From: an uncultured Prevotellaceae bacterium
GTDB lineage: Bacteria > Bacteroidota > Bacteroidia > Bacteroidales > Bacteroidaceae
Direction of reading: 5' to 3'
Assembly (NCBI GenBank): GCA_946406435.1
Contig: CAMJKP010000009.1
Span: forward strand, 8,166 to 72,165
Length of the DNA stretch: 64,000 bases
The notes beneath the pieces are model-generated. The model was not told where the DNA came from, ran no database searches, and was given only the letters and a program-made list of their open reading frames with translations. Below, in pieces: positions 20,601 through 29,878 of this stretch; within the stretch, counting starts at the first letter, position 1; every line of letters starts with the position of its first letter. A program made the position numbers and the translations under genes.

Positions 20601-22862
20601 TCCTTTGCCAAGCGTAGTCATATCCATTGTACCACACTCTTCGCCATCAACAAACAATGTGACGGTCTTCAAGCCATTAGTTGCCACGTATGCAACGTAA
20701 TGCCACTGATCGTCGTCATAGAACTTACTCGTTGTCTGATCTTGGGCATTCTTATAGAATTTCTCCCCAAACAAGCTTGGTGTAGGTGCATTCGTCAAAG
20801 GTACAGTATCTCCATAGAAGAAGAAATTCTCCCTTTGTACAGGTATTTCCTTATTATCATCACCTGTTTTGGTGAAGTTATTCGGCATATTTGCATATGT
20901 CGTGCCGTTACAAGCAAGGTCGAACATAAATCTTGGGTGTTGGAAATCATCATCCAAGCCTGCATCTGCCTTTCTGAAACGCTCATTACTGAACATACAG
21001 AACATAGAACCACGCTCAAGAGGCAACTCATACTTGTTAGCAATCTTCGCGTTAACCCAGAAGCATATCGTGACTTCCCTCTCGTTTTCCGGCTTATAGT
21101 CATCCCACTTTAGGGGATCATATCGGCAGATATTAGCTCCGATTTTATCTCTCTGCTCATCAGTCAAGATTATACGCAGGTAGTTCTCGGCAACACTCTT
21201 GGTGTATTCATTTGTTCCATCAGCAAGATTCTGATAATACTTTCCGAATACAGGATCCTTAAGCACACGTCCTTTACCACCATAGTTCAGATACTTGCCT
21301 TGATAATGATAATTATCACGCTCAGGTGTAGCCTCATAGGCAGTTATATCACTTTCTTCTGTTACGGTCTCTATGCCACTATTCGTTGTCTCATCAGTCC
21401 TAATAAGCTTACCGTCGTTATCTCTTATCTCTCTTTTTGCTACACGTGGTTCTTCAAGATGCTCGAAATCCTCGAAGAACACACGATTGGTAGCAGGATC
21501 AAAGAAAGCGATGTTTGCCGGTCTCTGGAAGTCTGCATAAGGATTAATATCTACACCTGCAAGTACTATATTACGCGGATTATCTGTCACATATGAATTA
21601 CCCCATCTCACGAATTCCCACTTTCTGCCAGGAATTGCGTGATATGTAACGGTATCACCCTGACCAACTGCTGTTCCCGCAGGAAGGTCATAACCATCAA
21701 GAGTAGTGATAGCCACACTACAAGTCTTGTATCTCTCTTCCGTATTTGGATGATAAGTAATTGCACCTACAGATACCTTTCTTGTAGATACAGCATTCTT
21801 AGCCCTGAAATTAGTCAGCAAAGCATGATCAACTGTGAAGAACACATTGATTGCACCATTAGAAGAGTCGTATTTGTCGTACTTAGTAGCATACACATAT
21901 ACCCTACCATCCTTCTTCATCACAGAATAAACAGTAATGATTCCATCGTAGTTTGCCACCTTCACACTTACATAACAGCCGTTAGCCATATCATTACGGA
22001 ACTGCTGCATCTGTGCATCTGTCAAAGGCTCAAGGTCATTACCATTCTTTATATATAGAGAGCTTTCAGCTGGTTCTGCAAGTCCGCCTGAGTTCTCATC
22101 ATAGATCTGCATAGAAGGAACCAGATTCATAAAGAAATAGTCCTTTCTCTTGTCATTTGTACGCTCACGATTCGTTGCCCATAATGCCCAGCCATAATTA
22201 TTGGTATTACTATTGGCACTATGATTCACAAAAGTAAACTCCTGCTGGCTGTTATTTCCTATCTCGTAGCTTAATGAATATTGTGTATTTATAGCATCAT
22301 TCTTCTCAGGGAAGCCAACTTCCAATGATTTCCAAAGCTGAATCTTAGAAACAGCGACATTAGCGGAATTGCTATACGCACTCTTAATAGCATTGAGATG
22401 CCAGAATTTCAATTGAGTATCCTTCTTCAAATCAACAAACAACTTACCATTTGAGTCGAATGTCCCAATTATTTCTTTATACTCACCATTACCTAATCCT
22501 CCATCAGCTCCCATCTGTCTGTTGAAAAGCAAACGTATGATTCCACCAGGTGTACCCTCAAGATATATCGCAGAATACCCCATAAGGTCAGCATACACAT
22601 TTGCATAAACATTACCTGTGCCAGCATACGTATAACCATTTTCACGTTTCCCAGCGCCAACTGTGACATTAGCACCAGAAGCCTCATAATTGGTGCCTGC
22701 CGCATTTGTTGTTATACATGAAGCATCCGCACCGACACCATCCCATTTATGGAACATAGTTCGTTCCATATTCACTTTTTCCTGTGCCCAAGTATTAACT
22801 GTAGCCAACAGCATTACCATCAAGAGGGCAACAATTCTGATTTTGCTGCAATTGTTTCTCAT
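17688..22862 (-). CDS. Large secreted T9SS cargo protein with LamG/ConA-like and Ig-like domains
   Basis: Signal peptide (TWAQ); LamG-like TICFWVN...QWHYVAYV...LFVDG...FDDIAIYSRALTADEI; Big_2-like FTSSAPHVATVNQSGKVT; Prevotella-type CTD (KPFRAYI...TTSIEE...VYGVNG...KGIYVVNGKKYVVK). Confidence 0.85.
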   Translation of the reverse strand: MRNNCSKIRIVALLMVMLLATVNTWAQEKVNMERTMFHKWDGVGADASCITTNAAGTNYEASGANVTVGAGKRENGYTYAGTGNVYANVYADLMGYSAIYLEGTPGGIIRLLFNRQMGADGGLGNGEYKEIIGTFDSNGKLFVDLKKDTQLKFWHLNAIKSAYSNSANVAVSKIQLWKSLEVGFPEKNDAINTQYSLSYEIGNNSQQEFTFVNHSANSNTNNYGWALWATNRERTNDKRKDYFFMNLVPSMQIYDENSGGLAEPAESSLYIKNGNDLEPLTDAQMQQFRNDMANGCYVSVKVANYDGIITVYSVMKKDGRVYVYATKYDKYDSSNGAINVFFTVDHALLTNFRAKNAVSTRKVSVGAITYHPNTEERYKTCSVAITTLDGYDLPAGTAVGQGDTVTYHAIPGRKWEFVRWGNSYVTDNPRNIVLAGVDINPYADFQRPANIAFFDPATNRVFFEDFEHLEEPRVAKREIRDNDGKLIRTDETTNSGIETVTEESDITAYEATPERDNYHYQGKYLNYGGKGRVLKDPVFGKYYQNLADGTNEYTKSVAENYLRIILTDEQRDKIGANICRYDPLKWDDYKPENEREVTICFWVNAKIANKYELPLERGSMFCMFSNERFRKADAGLDDDFQHPRFMFDLACNGTTYANMPNNFTKTGDDNKEIPVQRENFFFYGDTVPLTNAPTPSLFGEKFYKNAQDQTTSKFYDDDQWHYVAYVATNGLKTVTLFVDGEECGTMDMTTLGKGLTDFQEEGDFSGRTFYLRNIVLGGFTPHGLFFQKEYYEDAALAFDDIAIYSRALTADEIYDIIDAKQLKRDEWHFTTTLKADGMAEKNLNVLDGTTWAGSDGVYTLNRSIKKSELQIGHETIFSTEGLKFTGTAGQIIIDQKNGLIGLKRGAEIYVPDLNKGENVYFVVKSGDPEKYPLDPYDLWPVNDPCELRTRGVSLYGNLGKEEFSIFTGYKNNNIASDSYGFKVYSHGTIPAYNTAYTGYPHNNNNNNNVLWISDVFISPYSLTYTDNSRKVNSVNSKPQTRRVIHVDVERNDDKYEFKQPTLPQLIITNGTSTKNEKVSDYSKTYFDNGTKSCYIRFTSSAPHVATVNQSGKVTVTGITGYATIKAELVFDNLYDGCISTAYQIRVENTPKTHHAEENAKYDVAEKKTVKAKDGSDAITMSLGGWAYNDNTYAGTEGDDVDNNGSAVDSWSKGFVFDERNDVTPVDGFNTYSQGSQNAKSESYGNDDGSNDGRFDLKKSIRNVRPWTLPSRGSYLKFDVEKPGVLTVYVLQNGNLEKTDLNQDYSDKIYWRPVYVTDERGVCISSVQYDTNSKISENDNFFKEGRRRAQFIEEIEGTYNQRLKDALLEWKSSNYDRFKLLLGHWENQGWKQKVIETGDGGYMIMSKGIVRYSFNVLPGQTYYVFSNDTKLGYAGYNFEEGKQLRADTLTTYDTRPLSDVSASVSETIVYKDKLQSEYSTSLPAELEKKYCVPIEYERNFKANTWSSICLPFSMNRKQLEENFGEGTSVVLLKQVINQGYKKGRVELIWHVNQDIIAGYPYFILPTKDVTKIEANVNYRKNLETPYLAVSSNGKSFAHKGSYKYYSDYPYVFEGNFDDEELPAGSYVMSNSGVLTKLKNNATAKPFRAYIRCLNAANAKPLTTMGFSDSEGETTSIEELLQDNGIILESSDVYGVNGVKVRSNTHSLEGLSKGIYVVNGKKYVVK

Positions 22863-22985
22863 ATTCTATTCCTAAATTGTTCAGTCCGTTTCTATGGAGA
22901 AATAAGTACTGAGGGGTTAATATTTAAGTGTAATTTTTATTGTGTATTTCCTACTCCCTTATAGGGAGATGGTATTACTTGTTGG

Positions 22986-22993
22986 CAAAGTTA
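22986..22993 (-). promoter_or_regulatory. -7 promoter element for the large surface protein
   Basis: TAACTTTG upstream of 22862. Confidence 0.6.
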
Positions 22994-23244
22994 CAATTTT
23001 TTTATGAAAAAAACAACAATTATCGCGATTTTAACATTTGAAATTTTCACAAAGGGTAAATATTATATGAATATTGACTTTTTATCGACGCAAAACGTGA
23101 AAACACAGAGATTTATCCCTACGCCATCAACTTTAATTTGTTTGCAAGTTCATAAAGCTAAAGCAAGTCAACTTTCCATTTTCCATTGTCCATTTTCAAT
23201 TTTCACTTGCTTTAGCTTGATGAGTCTAAGCAAATAAATTCGTA

Positions 23245-23960
23245 TAGGGTGTCTCTAAAAATTATTGTACTATTGTACCATTGTACCTAAAAATATCATT
23301 AACGTTATTATTGGATTACCCTAAAGTTAACATCAAAAAATACCAACCTTGTGAGAGGCACATTTCTGTTTCTCTGAAAAAATAAGGGGGAATCGGCATA
23401 AATGTTGAACCTTTATCCTTTTGATTTTTCCTACAGACTTCGACTTAAATTACTATCTATCAACACTTTACGTCACAGAGCTGTTTTCTTGCTTGGTACA
23501 ATGGTACAATAGTACAATATTTTATAAAGATACCCTAAAAATATCACTCTTCTACTTCAATAATATATATAATATAATAATTAATTATTATATTATATAT
23601 ATTATTGGCTAAAAAAGTAGAAAAGAAAGGGTATGTGTAAAAAATGTTGTACTATTGTACCATTGTACCATTTTTAGGTCTTTATGGGTATTCTTCAAGT
23701 CCGTTTCAGGTCCGTTTCAGGTCCGTTATAAGTCCGTTCTGACACCGTTCCTTAGAATGGGAGGGAAAAGACTCATGATACGGATGAGCGTTTCTGCAAA
23801 GTGAGGACAATACCATTCGCAGTCATGTTGGCGAAGAGGATATGCTGATGCACCAAATTAGTGCATTAGGTCAGAGAAGACAAATGGCCATCATCAACTA
23901 TAGCGGGAGCCTTTTATGGTACAATGGTACAATAGTACAACATTTTTTACACACACCCTT
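23245..23960. repeat. Iteron-like block B: four ~43-45-bp units (TTGTACTATTGTACCATTGTACC) arranged as two inverted pairs
   Basis: Units at 23245-23287(+), 23495-23537(-), 23627-23671(+) and 23916-23960(-); the last pair matches at 44/45 nt; AT-rich core 23555-23605. Confidence 0.9.
23696..23765 (+). repeat. 11-bp-period array B'
   Basis: CCGTT at 23701, 23712, 23723, 23734 and 23745, then junction CCGTTCCTTAGAATGGGAG. Confidence 0.85.
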
Positions 23961-26598
23961 ACTTTGAGAACAAACGAACTATTTCTCCTGCTATCAATAC
24001 AACAGAGGTCCCGACGATTATCAATAGCCAGTCCACTATACCGATAGGCTCTACGTTGAAGAAATCGGGTAAAAGGTTCATGATGGCTATCTGACCAAAG
24101 AATATAATTGCCGCAATACCAAGGAATCCCTTGCAACCTTTTAGTCGGAAAGCAGAATGTCCAGTAGAAAAAGCACGTGCATTAAAGAGATTCCAGAACT
24201 GGAAGAGAACGAAGGTGGTGAAGATAAGGCCTCTGCCACCGCCTTCTCCCATAGAGATGGAGCCAGAAGAAAATAACAAATCTGCCAAAGAAGGAGTTCC
24301 CATTCTAAGATAGCAGAATAGTATGGCAAACATAAAACCGCCTGTGAGCAAGATAGATGCCATCATCTTCTTGGTTATGATAAACGAGCGGCGATTACGT
24401 GGTCTTTCTTGCATCACACTCCTTGACGGAGGAAGAGAGGCGAGTGCCATAGCCGCAAAAGTATCCATGATAAGATTCACCCACAGCATCTGAGTAACGG
24501 TAAGAGGTGATTCTGTGCCCATAAACGCACCTGCAAGTACGATAAGACACGCCACCACATTGACCGTAAGCTGGAAAAGGATGAATCGCTGTATATTCTG
24601 ATACAACGAACGTCCCCACATCACAGCCCTTCCGATAGAAGAGAATGAGTTATCAATAATGGTAATATCGGATGCCTCTTTTGCCACAGAAGTTCCATCG
24701 CCCATTGAAAGTCCCACGTGGGCAGCCTTGAGGGCAGGAGCATCATTAGTTCCATCGCCAGTAACAGCCACAACATCACCAAGACTCTGGAGAGTTTCTA
24801 CAAGACGTTTCTTGTCCATAGGACGGGCACGGGAGATGATGAGGCCCCCCTCTCCGCTCCCCCGAGGGGGAGTACCGGAACGTGCACAAAAAGTCCTCAC
24901 TTCTTCGTCAGAAAGGGCGGCGAATTCCGGACCTGTAATGACAGTAGGATTCTCCAAGCCTATCTGACGGGCAATTTCCTTGGCAGTAGCAGGAGTATCG
25001 CCCGTAACGATATTGATACGGATTCCTGCACGAACACATTCTTCAATAGCAGCAGGAACATCAGAACGGACAGGATCGGAAATCGCAACTATACCTAAGA
25101 ATTTCTTTCCAACGGCGAAACCGAGAGTTCGCATACCTTTCGATTGATACTCAAGGAGTTTCGTTTCTATCTCAGCACGAGGTACAGAGAACGAATCGCA
25201 CATATCCATGACAATCTCAGGAGCACCCTTGACGAGCATTAGATTTCCATTCTGCTCGATAGTTGTAGCCATATATTTCCTCTCCGTAGAGAATGGCACT
25301 TCATCTATCACTTTTGCATCAGAACGAAGTTGGGCATAATCCACGCCCTTGTCACGCAGATACAATAGGAGAGCCCCCTCTGTAGGATTGCCGAGAATGG
25401 TTTCATTGCCTTCTGAATCCACACCTATGATAGCTGTAGAATTAATAGCCATCACCATATCCAGTTCTGGAGTTGGCTCAGGGAAAACTTCTGCCACCTG
25501 CATCTTATTCTGTGTGAGAGTACCAGTCTTATCGGTACAAATCACGGTAGCAGCACCCATGGTAACGCAGGCGTGCATCTTACGAACAAGGTTATTGGTC
25601 TTGAGCATCCTACGCATGGAGAGAGCGAGAGACAGACTCACCGCCATTGGCAATCCCTCGGGCACAGCACATACCACAAGGGTAACGGCAATCATAAGCG
25701 ATTGCAAGGCGTATGGAAGGAACTGCGGATCCAAGAAGGTAGCGTCGTTGACATGGAAGAATGCGATGATACGACCTATAAACACGAGGAAGCCAACTAC
25801 ATAACTTGCCACGGAAATCACGATACCAAGACGGTCAAACTGCTCGTCGAGCGGTGTTTTTACGTTATCAGTTATCTGAGCAGCCGTAAAGACCTTTCCG
25901 TTCTCTGTCATATCACCTACGGCAAAGACACGGCATACGCAATGGCCTTCCATTACCTTCGTACCACGCATCACATGATTGGAAGGGAAGGTCGCATTTG
26001 TATCAAACTCAGCCTCATTCACGGTCTTATGGCATATAGGTTCGCCTGTTAGTGTTGACTCGTCAATACTTAGCGAAGTAGCCTCAAGGAGCTCACAATC
26101 AGCAGGAACTTCCTCACCAGTTGAGAGCATAAGCACATCGCCAACTACAATATCACGGCGAGGTATTGCCACCACCTTCTCCACACCTCCAATCAAGCGG
26201 ACAGCCTTGACCGGCTCATCATCGTTCACCTGATTGAGGATGTCAAACTCACGGTTTGCCTTGACCTCGAAATAAAAGGAAATGCCGGTAGCGAGAATAA
26301 TCGCCATAATGATACCAGCAGGCTCAAAGAACACCTTTGCATCATACGAAGCCTCAAGCCCTAACCAACCGAAATATTCGGAGAACGAGATAAAAGTAGA
26401 GAGAAGGGCGGCTATCTCAAGGATGAAGACAAGGCTATCGCCATTCTCCCACCCTGGGATGAGATGACCTAAAGGACCTGTAAGAGTCTGGACGAATTGT
26501 TTCCAGAGCGATTCCTTCTCTGGAGGCGTAAGTATGTTGACGCCGTGCTCCTTGCGAGACGCGACGACTTGAGATTCATTTAGAACTGAGTATTTCAT
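23959..26598 (-). CDS. Calcium-translocating P-type ATPase (PMCA-type)
   Basis: DESTLTGE, VPEGLP, DKTGTLT, KGAPE, TGD, TGDGTNDAPAL, QMLWVNLIMDT. Confidence 0.95.
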   Translation of the reverse strand: MKYSVLNESQVVASRKEHGVNILTPPEKESLWKQFVQTLTGPLGHLIPGWENGDSLVFILEIAALLSTFISFSEYFGWLGLEASYDAKVFFEPAGIIMAIILATGISFYFEVKANREFDILNQVNDDEPVKAVRLIGGVEKVVAIPRRDIVVGDVLMLSTGEEVPADCELLEATSLSIDESTLTGEPICHKTVNEAEFDTNATFPSNHVMRGTKVMEGHCVCRVFAVGDMTENGKVFTAAQITDNVKTPLDEQFDRLGIVISVASYVVGFLVFIGRIIAFFHVNDATFLDPQFLPYALQSLMIAVTLVVCAVPEGLPMAVSLSLALSMRRMLKTNNLVRKMHACVTMGAATVICTDKTGTLTQNKMQVAEVFPEPTPELDMVMAINSTAIIGVDSEGNETILGNPTEGALLLYLRDKGVDYAQLRSDAKVIDEVPFSTERKYMATTIEQNGNLMLVKGAPEIVMDMCDSFSVPRAEIETKLLEYQSKGMRTLGFAVGKKFLGIVAISDPVRSDVPAAIEECVRAGIRINIVTGDTPATAKEIARQIGLENPTVITGPEFAALSDEEVRTFCARSGTPPRGSGEGGLIISRARPMDKKRLVETLQSLGDVVAVTGDGTNDAPALKAAHVGLSMGDGTSVAKEASDITIIDNSFSSIGRAVMWGRSLYQNIQRFILFQLTVNVVACLIVLAGAFMGTESPLTVTQMLWVNLIMDTFAAMALASLPPSRSVMQERPRNRRSFIITKKMMASILLTGGFMFAILFCYLRMGTPSLADLLFSSGSISMGEGGGRGLIFTTFVLFQFWNLFNARAFSTGHSAFRLKGCKGFLGIAAIIFFGQIAIMNLLPDFFNVEPIGIVDWLLIIVGTSVVLIAGEIVRLFSK

Positions 26599-26729
26599 TT
26601 CGTTTGCAAAATTACTACTTATTATAAAAAGGAGAAAAATAAAAAACTTAAAAATGATGAAACCAAGGAAAATAAAGGGTAAAAAGGAAGTTTTTGCGCG
26701 TTTTTCTTTGTCAATTCGGGAAATATTAG

Positions 26730-26737
26730 TACCTTTG
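26730..26737 (+). promoter_or_regulatory. -7 promoter element for yceD-rpmF-fabH
   Basis: TACCTTTG(CA) with upstream TTTG; a divergent TAATTTTG at 26607-26614 serves the ATPase. Confidence 0.7.
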
Positions 26738-26744
26738 CAGCCAA

Positions 26745-27278
26745 ATGTTCAGTTTAGAAACCCTTAAGATTGACTTAAAGTCACTCAACGACAGCCCTTT
26801 AGAGCTGAATTGGGAACTTTGCGACGACTATTTCGAAGCACTTGAAGATGCAGAGATAAGGAGTGGCAAGGTTGCTGTTTGTGTGTCTTTGCAAAAGACA
26901 GCCGACAGTTTTGCACTTAGCATCAAGTCAGAGGGCTTCGTCATTGTGACCTGTGACAGATGTCTTGACGATATGGAGCAACCTATTTCTCAGGAGTCAC
27001 AGTTCATCGTGAAACTTGGCATTGAAGACAGCGAAGACGATGAAGTCATTATCGTGGACGAGAACGAAGGAATACTCGACCTCGCATGGCTCATCTATGA
27101 ATCAATAGCTCTGGCGGTACCCATTAAGCACGTACATGCACCTGGTAAATGCAATGCTGCGATGACGGAAAAGCTCAATGAGCTGTCAGCCACCCGAAGT
27201 GGTGATGAGACCGAAAGTAAAGCCGTTGATCCACGCTGGGCAAAGCTGGCCGAGCTCAAGCTTGGCAAAGACAATTGA
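26745..27278 (+). CDS. yceD: YceD/DUF177 family protein
   Basis: CDRCL and DPRW motifs; conserved position upstream of rpmF. Confidence 0.92.
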   Translation: MFSLETLKIDLKSLNDSPLELNWELCDDYFEALEDAEIRSGKVAVCVSLQKTADSFALSIKSEGFVIVTCDRCLDDMEQPISQESQFIVKLGIEDSEDDEVIIVDENEGILDLAWLIYESIALAVPIKHVHAPGKCNAAMTEKLNELSATRSGDETESKAVDPRWAKLAELKLGKDN

Positions 27279-27363
27279 AAATTGATAATTGACAATTGAA
27301 AATTAAAGGCTTGCCAACCATCAAAACAAAAACATCAAATTTATTAAAACTTTTTAAAACAAA

Positions 27364-27555
27364 ATGGCACATCCAAAAAGAAGACAGTCAAAGACTCGTA
27401 CACTCAAGCGTAGAACTCACGACGGAGCAGTAGCACCTACATTGGCAGTTTGCCCTAACTGTGGCGCATACTATGTTTACCACACTGTTTGCCCATCTTG
27501 CGGTATGTATCGTGGTAAGGTTGCTATCGTTAAGGAAGAAGAAGTTGCTGAGTAA
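27364..27555 (+). CDS. rpmF: 50S ribosomal protein L32
   Basis: MAHPKRRQSKTR, zinc ribbon CPNC...CPSCG. Confidence 0.98.
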   Translation: MAHPKRRQSKTRTLKRRTHDGAVAPTLAVCPNCGAYYVYHTVCPSCGMYRGKVAIVKEEEVAE

Positions 27556-27570
27556 CTTTCATAATATATA

Positions 27571-28572
27571 ATGGAAAAAATCAATGCTGTAATCACAGGT
27601 ATTGGCGGATACGTACCTGACTATATCCTCAACAACGAGGAGTTGTCTCGTATGGTTGACACCAGTGACGAGTGGATTACGACCCGCGTAGGCATCAAAG
27701 AGCGTCGCATCCTCACAGAGGAAGGTCTCGGCTCAAGTTACATGGCTCGCAAGGCCGCTAAGCAGCTGTTACAGAAGACTGGTGTAGATGTTGACACTAT
27801 CGACTGTGTCATCGTTGCATCAACAACTCCTGACTATCGTTTCCCTTCAAATGCCTCTATCGTAATAGGTAAGCTCGGCATCAAGAACGCTCACGGTTTC
27901 GACGTAAGCTGTGCTTGCTGCGGTTTCCTTTACACCGTGGATATGGCTTGTGCTTTCGTACAGTCAGGCCGTTACAAGAGGGTTATGGTTATTGCCTGCG
28001 AGAAGATGTCATCAATGGTTGACTATCAGGATCGTCAGACCTGCGTACTCTTCGGTGATGGCGCTGCAGCAGTAATGGTCGAGGCTACAACAGAGGAAGG
28101 TGTTGGTTTCCAGGATTCATTCCTCCGCACAGACGGCCAGGGACTTCCATTCCTCCACATGAAGGCAGGCGGCTCTGTATGCCCGGCATCCCACTACACA
28201 GTTGATCATCGTATGCACTACATCTATCAGGAAGGTAGAACTGTATATAAGTACGCTGTGACAAGCATGTCAAACGACGTGAAGGAGATAATGCAGCGCA
28301 ACAACCTTACTGAGGCTGACGTAAACTGGGTTATCCCTCACGAGGCAAATCTGCGCATCATTGAGGCTGTGACAAAGCGTCTCGATATTCCTATGGACAA
28401 GGTGATGATAAACATTGAGCGCTATGGTAACACAAGTGCTGCAAGTATCGCGCTGGCTCTCTGGGACTTCGAGAAGAAGCTTAAGAAGGGCGACAACATC
28501 ATCCTTACAGCATTCGGTGCAGGCTTCGTTCACGGAGCTTCATTCCTGAAGTGGGGATACGATCCACAATAA
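27571..28572 (+). CDS. fabH: 3-oxoacyl-ACP synthase III
   Basis: DTSDEWI.TRVGI.ERR, catalytic ACCGF, PHEAN, YGNTSAA, AFGAGF. Confidence 0.97.
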   Translation: MEKINAVITGIGGYVPDYILNNEELSRMVDTSDEWITTRVGIKERRILTEEGLGSSYMARKAAKQLLQKTGVDVDTIDCVIVASTTPDYRFPSNASIVIGKLGIKNAHGFDVSCACCGFLYTVDMACAFVQSGRYKRVMVIACEKMSSMVDYQDRQTCVLFGDGAAAVMVEATTEEGVGFQDSFLRTDGQGLPFLHMKAGGSVCPASHYTVDHRMHYIYQEGRTVYKYAVTSMSNDVKEIMQRNNLTEADVNWVIPHEANLRIIEAVTKRLDIPMDKVMINIERYGNTSAASIALALWDFEKKLKKGDNIILTAFGAGFVHGASFLKWGYDPQ

Positions 28573-28577
28573 AACGA

Positions 28578-28671
28578 AAAGTGAATAGTGAATAGTGAAG
28601 AATTCAAGTTCGTATTCTTAGCGAATTCATACAAAATCAGATTCTTCACTTTTAACTCTTAACTCTTCACT
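28578..28671. repeat. Heptamer tandem repeats forming inverted arms
   Basis: GTGAATA x2 + GTGAAGAAT ... ATTCTTCAC TTTTAAC TCTTAAC TCTTCAC. Confidence 0.65.
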
Positions 28672-28682
28672 AAAAAATACAA

Positions 28683-28726
28683 GACGCATCCATTATTCTT
28701 ACCACAAGGCTGATGGATGCGTTTTT
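28683..28726 (+). terminator. Hairpin/terminator after fabH
   Basis: GACGCATCCATTA...TGATGGATGCGTTTTT. Confidence 0.6.
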
Positions 28727-28739
28727 CAGCTTTTTAATA

Positions 28740-29648
28740 ATGCACAAAGCAGGATTTGTAAACATAGTAGGCAATCCAAACGTAGGTAAATCCACTCTGA
28801 TGAATCAGCTAGTGGGTGAAAGACTTAGTATCGCTACCTTCAAGGCGCAGACAACGCGCCATCGCATAATGGGTATCGTGAACACTGAGGATATGCAGAT
28901 TGTATTCTCCGACACCCCGGGCGTGCTCAAGCCTAACTATAAACTACAGGAGTCAATGCTCGCTTTCTCAGAATCGGCTCTCACTGATGCAGACGTACTG
29001 CTCTATGTAACCGATGTCATCGAAGATCCTGAGAAAAACAAGGATTTCCTCGACAAGGTGGCTAAGATGTCGATACCAGTCATCTTGCTCATCAATAAGA
29101 TGGATGCATTGGCAGAACTTGCAAAAGATGGCAAGAATCCGACTGAGAAATTAGGCGAGATAGTTGAGTGTTGGCATGGTCTGCTTCCAAAGGCGGAGAT
29201 TCTTCCGATATCAGCAAAGAACAAGTTCGGTGTTGACATTCTTCTCAAGCGCATCCACGAACTCCTTCCTGAATCACCTGCATTCTTCGACAAGGATCAG
29301 CTCACCGACAAACCAGCACGTTTCTTCGTATCAGAAATCATCCGTGAGAAGATTCTGCTCTACTACGACAAGGAGATTCCTTATTCCGTAGAGGTGAGAT
29401 GCGAGGCATTCAAGGAAACCGCCATGCAAATCCACATCAGCGCCGTGATCTATGTGGAAAGAGATTCTCAAAAAGGAATCATCATCGGGCATCAGGGCGT
29501 TGCAATCAAGAAGGTGAATACCGAGGCACGCAAGGCTCTTGAGAAGTTCTTCGACAAGCACGTCTTCCTCGAAACCTTCGTGAAAGTAGACAAAGACTGG
29601 AGAAGCAACCAGAAGGAACTGGATAGCTTCGGATATAATCCGGAATAA
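28740..29648 (+). CDS. era: GTPase Era
   Basis: [34 protein letters not shown] domain SQKGIIIG. Confidence 0.97.
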   Translation: MHKAGFVNIVGNPNVGKSTLMNQLVGERLSIATFKAQTTRHRIMGIVNTEDMQIVFSDTPGVLKPNYKLQESMLAFSESALTDADVLLYVTDVIEDPEKNKDFLDKVAKMSIPVILLINKMDALAELAKDGKNPTEKLGEIVECWHGLLPKAEILPISAKNKFGVDILLKRIHELLPESPAFFDKDQLTDKPARFFVSEIIREKILLYYDKEIPYSVEVRCEAFKETAMQIHISAVIYVERDSQKGIIIGHQGVAIKKVNTEARKALEKFFDKHVFLETFVKVDKDWRSNQKELDSFGYNPE

Positions 29649-29654
29649 AAAAAC

Positions 29655-29800
29655 ATTTACTATTTGACAATTTACAATTTACTATTTATGTACTATATCT
29701 TATCACAAACTACATTTACTATTTAACATCTGCGAAAATAGTACATTTCTCCAAATAGTAAATAAATCGTCAATAGTAAATAGCTAAATAGTAAATTAAT
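29655..29800. repeat. Heptamer-like inverted arms (ATTTACT / AGTAAAT)
   Basis: ATTTACTATTTGACAATTTACAATTTACT ... AAATAGTAAAT...AATAGTAAATAGCTAAATAGTAAAT. Confidence 0.6.
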
Positions 29801-29878
29801 AGTATTAACCCCAGAGTAATATAAACCCAGTTTTATTACTGAGCAAAAATTGAACCCCTAAAGGAGGGGAAATGAAAA

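Noticed and set aside
23288-23494. Bacteroides-type invertible promoter
   Set aside because: No clear TAnnTTTG box inside the inverted repeats and no recombinase in the window; kept only as a testable option.
23004-23612. Small ORFs in AT-rich intergenic elements (also 37711-38523 and 55342-55743)
   Set aside because: Low-complexity translations of repeat or AT-rich DNA with no coding signal.
23696-23765. 11-bp arrays as CRISPR or mini-CRISPR
   Set aside because: Units are 11 bp with no unique 25-45-bp spacers, and no cas genes are present.
29100-29150. Short insertions in Era (LAELAKDGKNP) and RF3 ([11 protein letters not shown], about 63590)
   Set aside because: No similarity to the repeat families; probably ordinary loop variation.
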